Below, piece after piece: positions 62,609-64,000 of a stretch of 64,000 nucleotides of DNA. Made by a program: the position numbers and the translations under genes. Below the pieces are notes generated by a model. It saw nothing but the letters and a program-made list of their open reading frames with translations. It searched no databases and was not told the origin of the DNA. Location of the stretch: the NCBI GenBank assembly GCA_951406725.2, contig OX597829.1:45570001-45634000 (forward strand). Reading direction: 5' to 3'. This stretch comes from Octopus vulgaris. Lineage: Eukaryota. The stretch's first letter is position 1. Each line of letters opens with the position of its first letter.

Positions 62609-62882
62609 GTCTGTGTATGTATCTGTATGTGTGTGTATCTGTATGTGTGTGTGTATATGTATCTGTATGTGTGTATGTATATGTGCGTGTATACATATCT
62701 GTATGTGTGTATGTATATGTACGTATGTATGTATATGTATGTATATGTGTATATGTATGTATATGTGTATATGTGTGTGTATATGTATCTGTGTGTGTAT
62801 CTGTATGTGTGTATGTATGTATATATGTGTGCATGTATGTACACGTGTGCGAGTATGTACGTGTGTGTGTGTATGTACATGT
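62563..62882. repeat. (TA)n/(TG)n/(TATG)n compound microsatellite
   Basis: Seen directly. Confidence 0.95.
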
Positions 62883-63595
62883 ATAATTCTCTATATACAT
62901 ATGCCTGATTATATATATAACACACACACACACATGCATATATATATATATTTGGTAAAACATATGTATATATATATAAACGCATGTGTGCTTGTGTGTT
63001 TTATGAAAATATTCTTCATGAAAACAATGAGTCACACTGAAGAACCTTTTGTTGAAACAGGAATATATGTTCCTGGGATTCATTGTTTTGGATAAGACAT
63101 GTTAATATTTGAGGCTTCACACTTTGAGTTCTTTATACAAAGTGGTCTGACAATGTTGTTATGAAACTAGTCACACAAGGAATGTGTGTGTGTGTATGTA
63201 TGTATGTATGTATATACATGTAGGCATGGTTGTGTGGTAAGATAGTCTACTTCCCAACCACACGGTTTCAGGTTCAGTTCTGTTGCATGGCACTTTGGAC
63301 TAATGTCTTCTATTATAGCACCCCACAGGCTAACCAAAGCCTTGTGAGTGGATTTGGTAGGTGAAAACTGAAAGGAGCCCATTGTATATTTAAGAGAGAG
63401 CGAGTGTGTGTGTTTCTGTGTGTGTGTGTGTGTTATTGTCTCCATGTTTTGACATGGGGGAATGTTGATTTACTCGGAAACTGGTAAAGTTTGGTGACCG
63501 GGAAGGCATCTAGCCATAGAAAAATCTACCTCGACAAATTCGTTCTGACCAATACAAGCATGGAAAAATGGACAGCAAAACAATTATGCTGATAA

Positions 63596-63651
<56 letters not shown>

Positions 63652-64000
63652 GTGTATATGTTTGTGTATAGACATATATTTATGTGTGTGTGTGTATATA
63701 TATATATATATGTATACATGTATGGTTGAACTTCTGCCAAGTGATCTAGAGAGTTTTAGTGACATCATTACAAGTCTATAACGAAGAAGATAATTATGTC
63801 TGCTTATATTCCGATATAAAATTTGCAGATGTTGTAACCTGATTTTAGGTTCAAGTTCAGTGCATTTTTGTTTTTTTAATACGTAACATTTTTCTGTAGT
63901 AACCTTGGGAAGTCTGAGTCAATTTCACTCATAATACAATCAATTTGTATCTCAGAAGGAAAGATAAATTGTTAAAAATCTAGGGCAGTCGTCTTCTATA

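Overview
AT-rich, repeat-dense eukaryotic DNA, most likely from a coleoid cephalopod (Octopus-like); this is inferred from the tRNA-derived SINE families and the extreme microsatellite load, not from a database search. I recognise no intact protein-coding gene. Most ORFs in the supplied track are translations of microsatellites or SINEs, and a few are decayed transposon fragments. The window is a mosaic of at least 5 SINE families, decayed LINE fragments (RTE, R4/Dong-like), Helitron/Helentron derivatives, mariner, Tc2/pogo, hAT and piggyBac MITEs, and an 81-bp minisatellite. A CpG-retaining domain at about 30.4-39.4 kb looks like a gene 5' end or divergent promoter, with weak candidate exons. 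The most interesting signal is a dense set of type-I hammerhead ribozyme motifs (CUGANGA...GAAA) in short non-coding Penelope-like/retrozyme-type elements from several unrelated families. These include a TSD-bounded inverted double-hammerhead cassette (1595-1865) and a core-intact hammerhead with an unusually long stem II (28925-29045, minus). A perfect 54-bp hairpin (27800-27912) and a dimeric/multimeric SINE with recurrent junctions also stand out. Coordinates of degenerate repeats are approximate.
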